DNA of 64,000 nt, taken from an uncultured Gemmatimonadales bacterium (GTDB lineage: Bacteria; Gemmatimonadota; Gemmatimonadetes; Longimicrobiales; RSA9). Below, piece after piece: positions 63,915 through 64,000 of this stretch. Positions within the stretch are counted from its first letter, which is position 1. Every line of letters begins with the position of its first letter. The position numbers and the translations under genes were made by a program. A model generated the notes under the pieces. That model had not been told where the DNA came from. It was given only the letters and a program-made list of their open reading frames with translations, and did no database searches. The stretch lies in the NCBI GenBank assembly GCA_963816355.1, contig CAWFKH010000003.1, forward strand, positions 448,001 to 512,000, read 5' to 3'.

Positions 63915-64000
63915 ATGCAGACGAGTCCTCCCATCACGCCTCCACCGAGCTTCCGCGCCACCGTCCACGGCACGATCTTCTGCGATCGTGCGCGCCAGGT
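63915..64000 (+). CDS. Start of a gene running off the window (possibly HIRAN-like)
   Basis: MQTSPP...FRATVHGTIF..R; TTGACC-N16-TACATT at 63834-63861 upstream. Confidence 0.35.
   Translation, partial: MQTSPPITPPPSFRATVHGTIFCDRARQ

Overview
Very GC-rich bacterial chromosomal segment made mostly of core housekeeping genes, nearly all on the + strand. The gene order and several lineage-type hypothetical proteins suggest Gemmatimonadota; this is inference, no search was run. Order: glmM(partial)-glmS-dtd-maf-mtnA-glpK...recA-alaS-gmhA...cca-ZIP-rarA-hflX-pdxJ-ispE-tRNA-Gln-prs-rplY-pth-hppA-ychF, a small lower-GC accessory patch (secreted proteins, orphan TadG-like gene), rpsF-rpsR-rplI-rsfS, a SPOR-protein/smc/S8-protease operon, aroF, SRP RNA-dnaX-ybaB-recR-mglBA-pgsA-cinA, grpE-dnaJ, a transporter/DksA-like patch, and mnmA-iscS on the - strand. 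No CRISPR array, integrase or transposase was seen. The most notable oddities are: an SRP RNA whose GNRA tetraloop is replaced by a CCGCA pentaloop; an SMC with a shortened hinge lacking the GX6GX3GG motif, translationally coupled to a pseudo-ATPase/TM/SPOR protein; a switch-like leader before the TadG-like gene; a DksA-like protein lacking its acidic tip; an internally duplicated unknown protein between tRNA-Gln and prs; a membrane protein coupled to mglBA; and a perfect 24-bp palindrome before the rpsF promoter. Start codons were picked by eye and all family calls come from motif recognition only.
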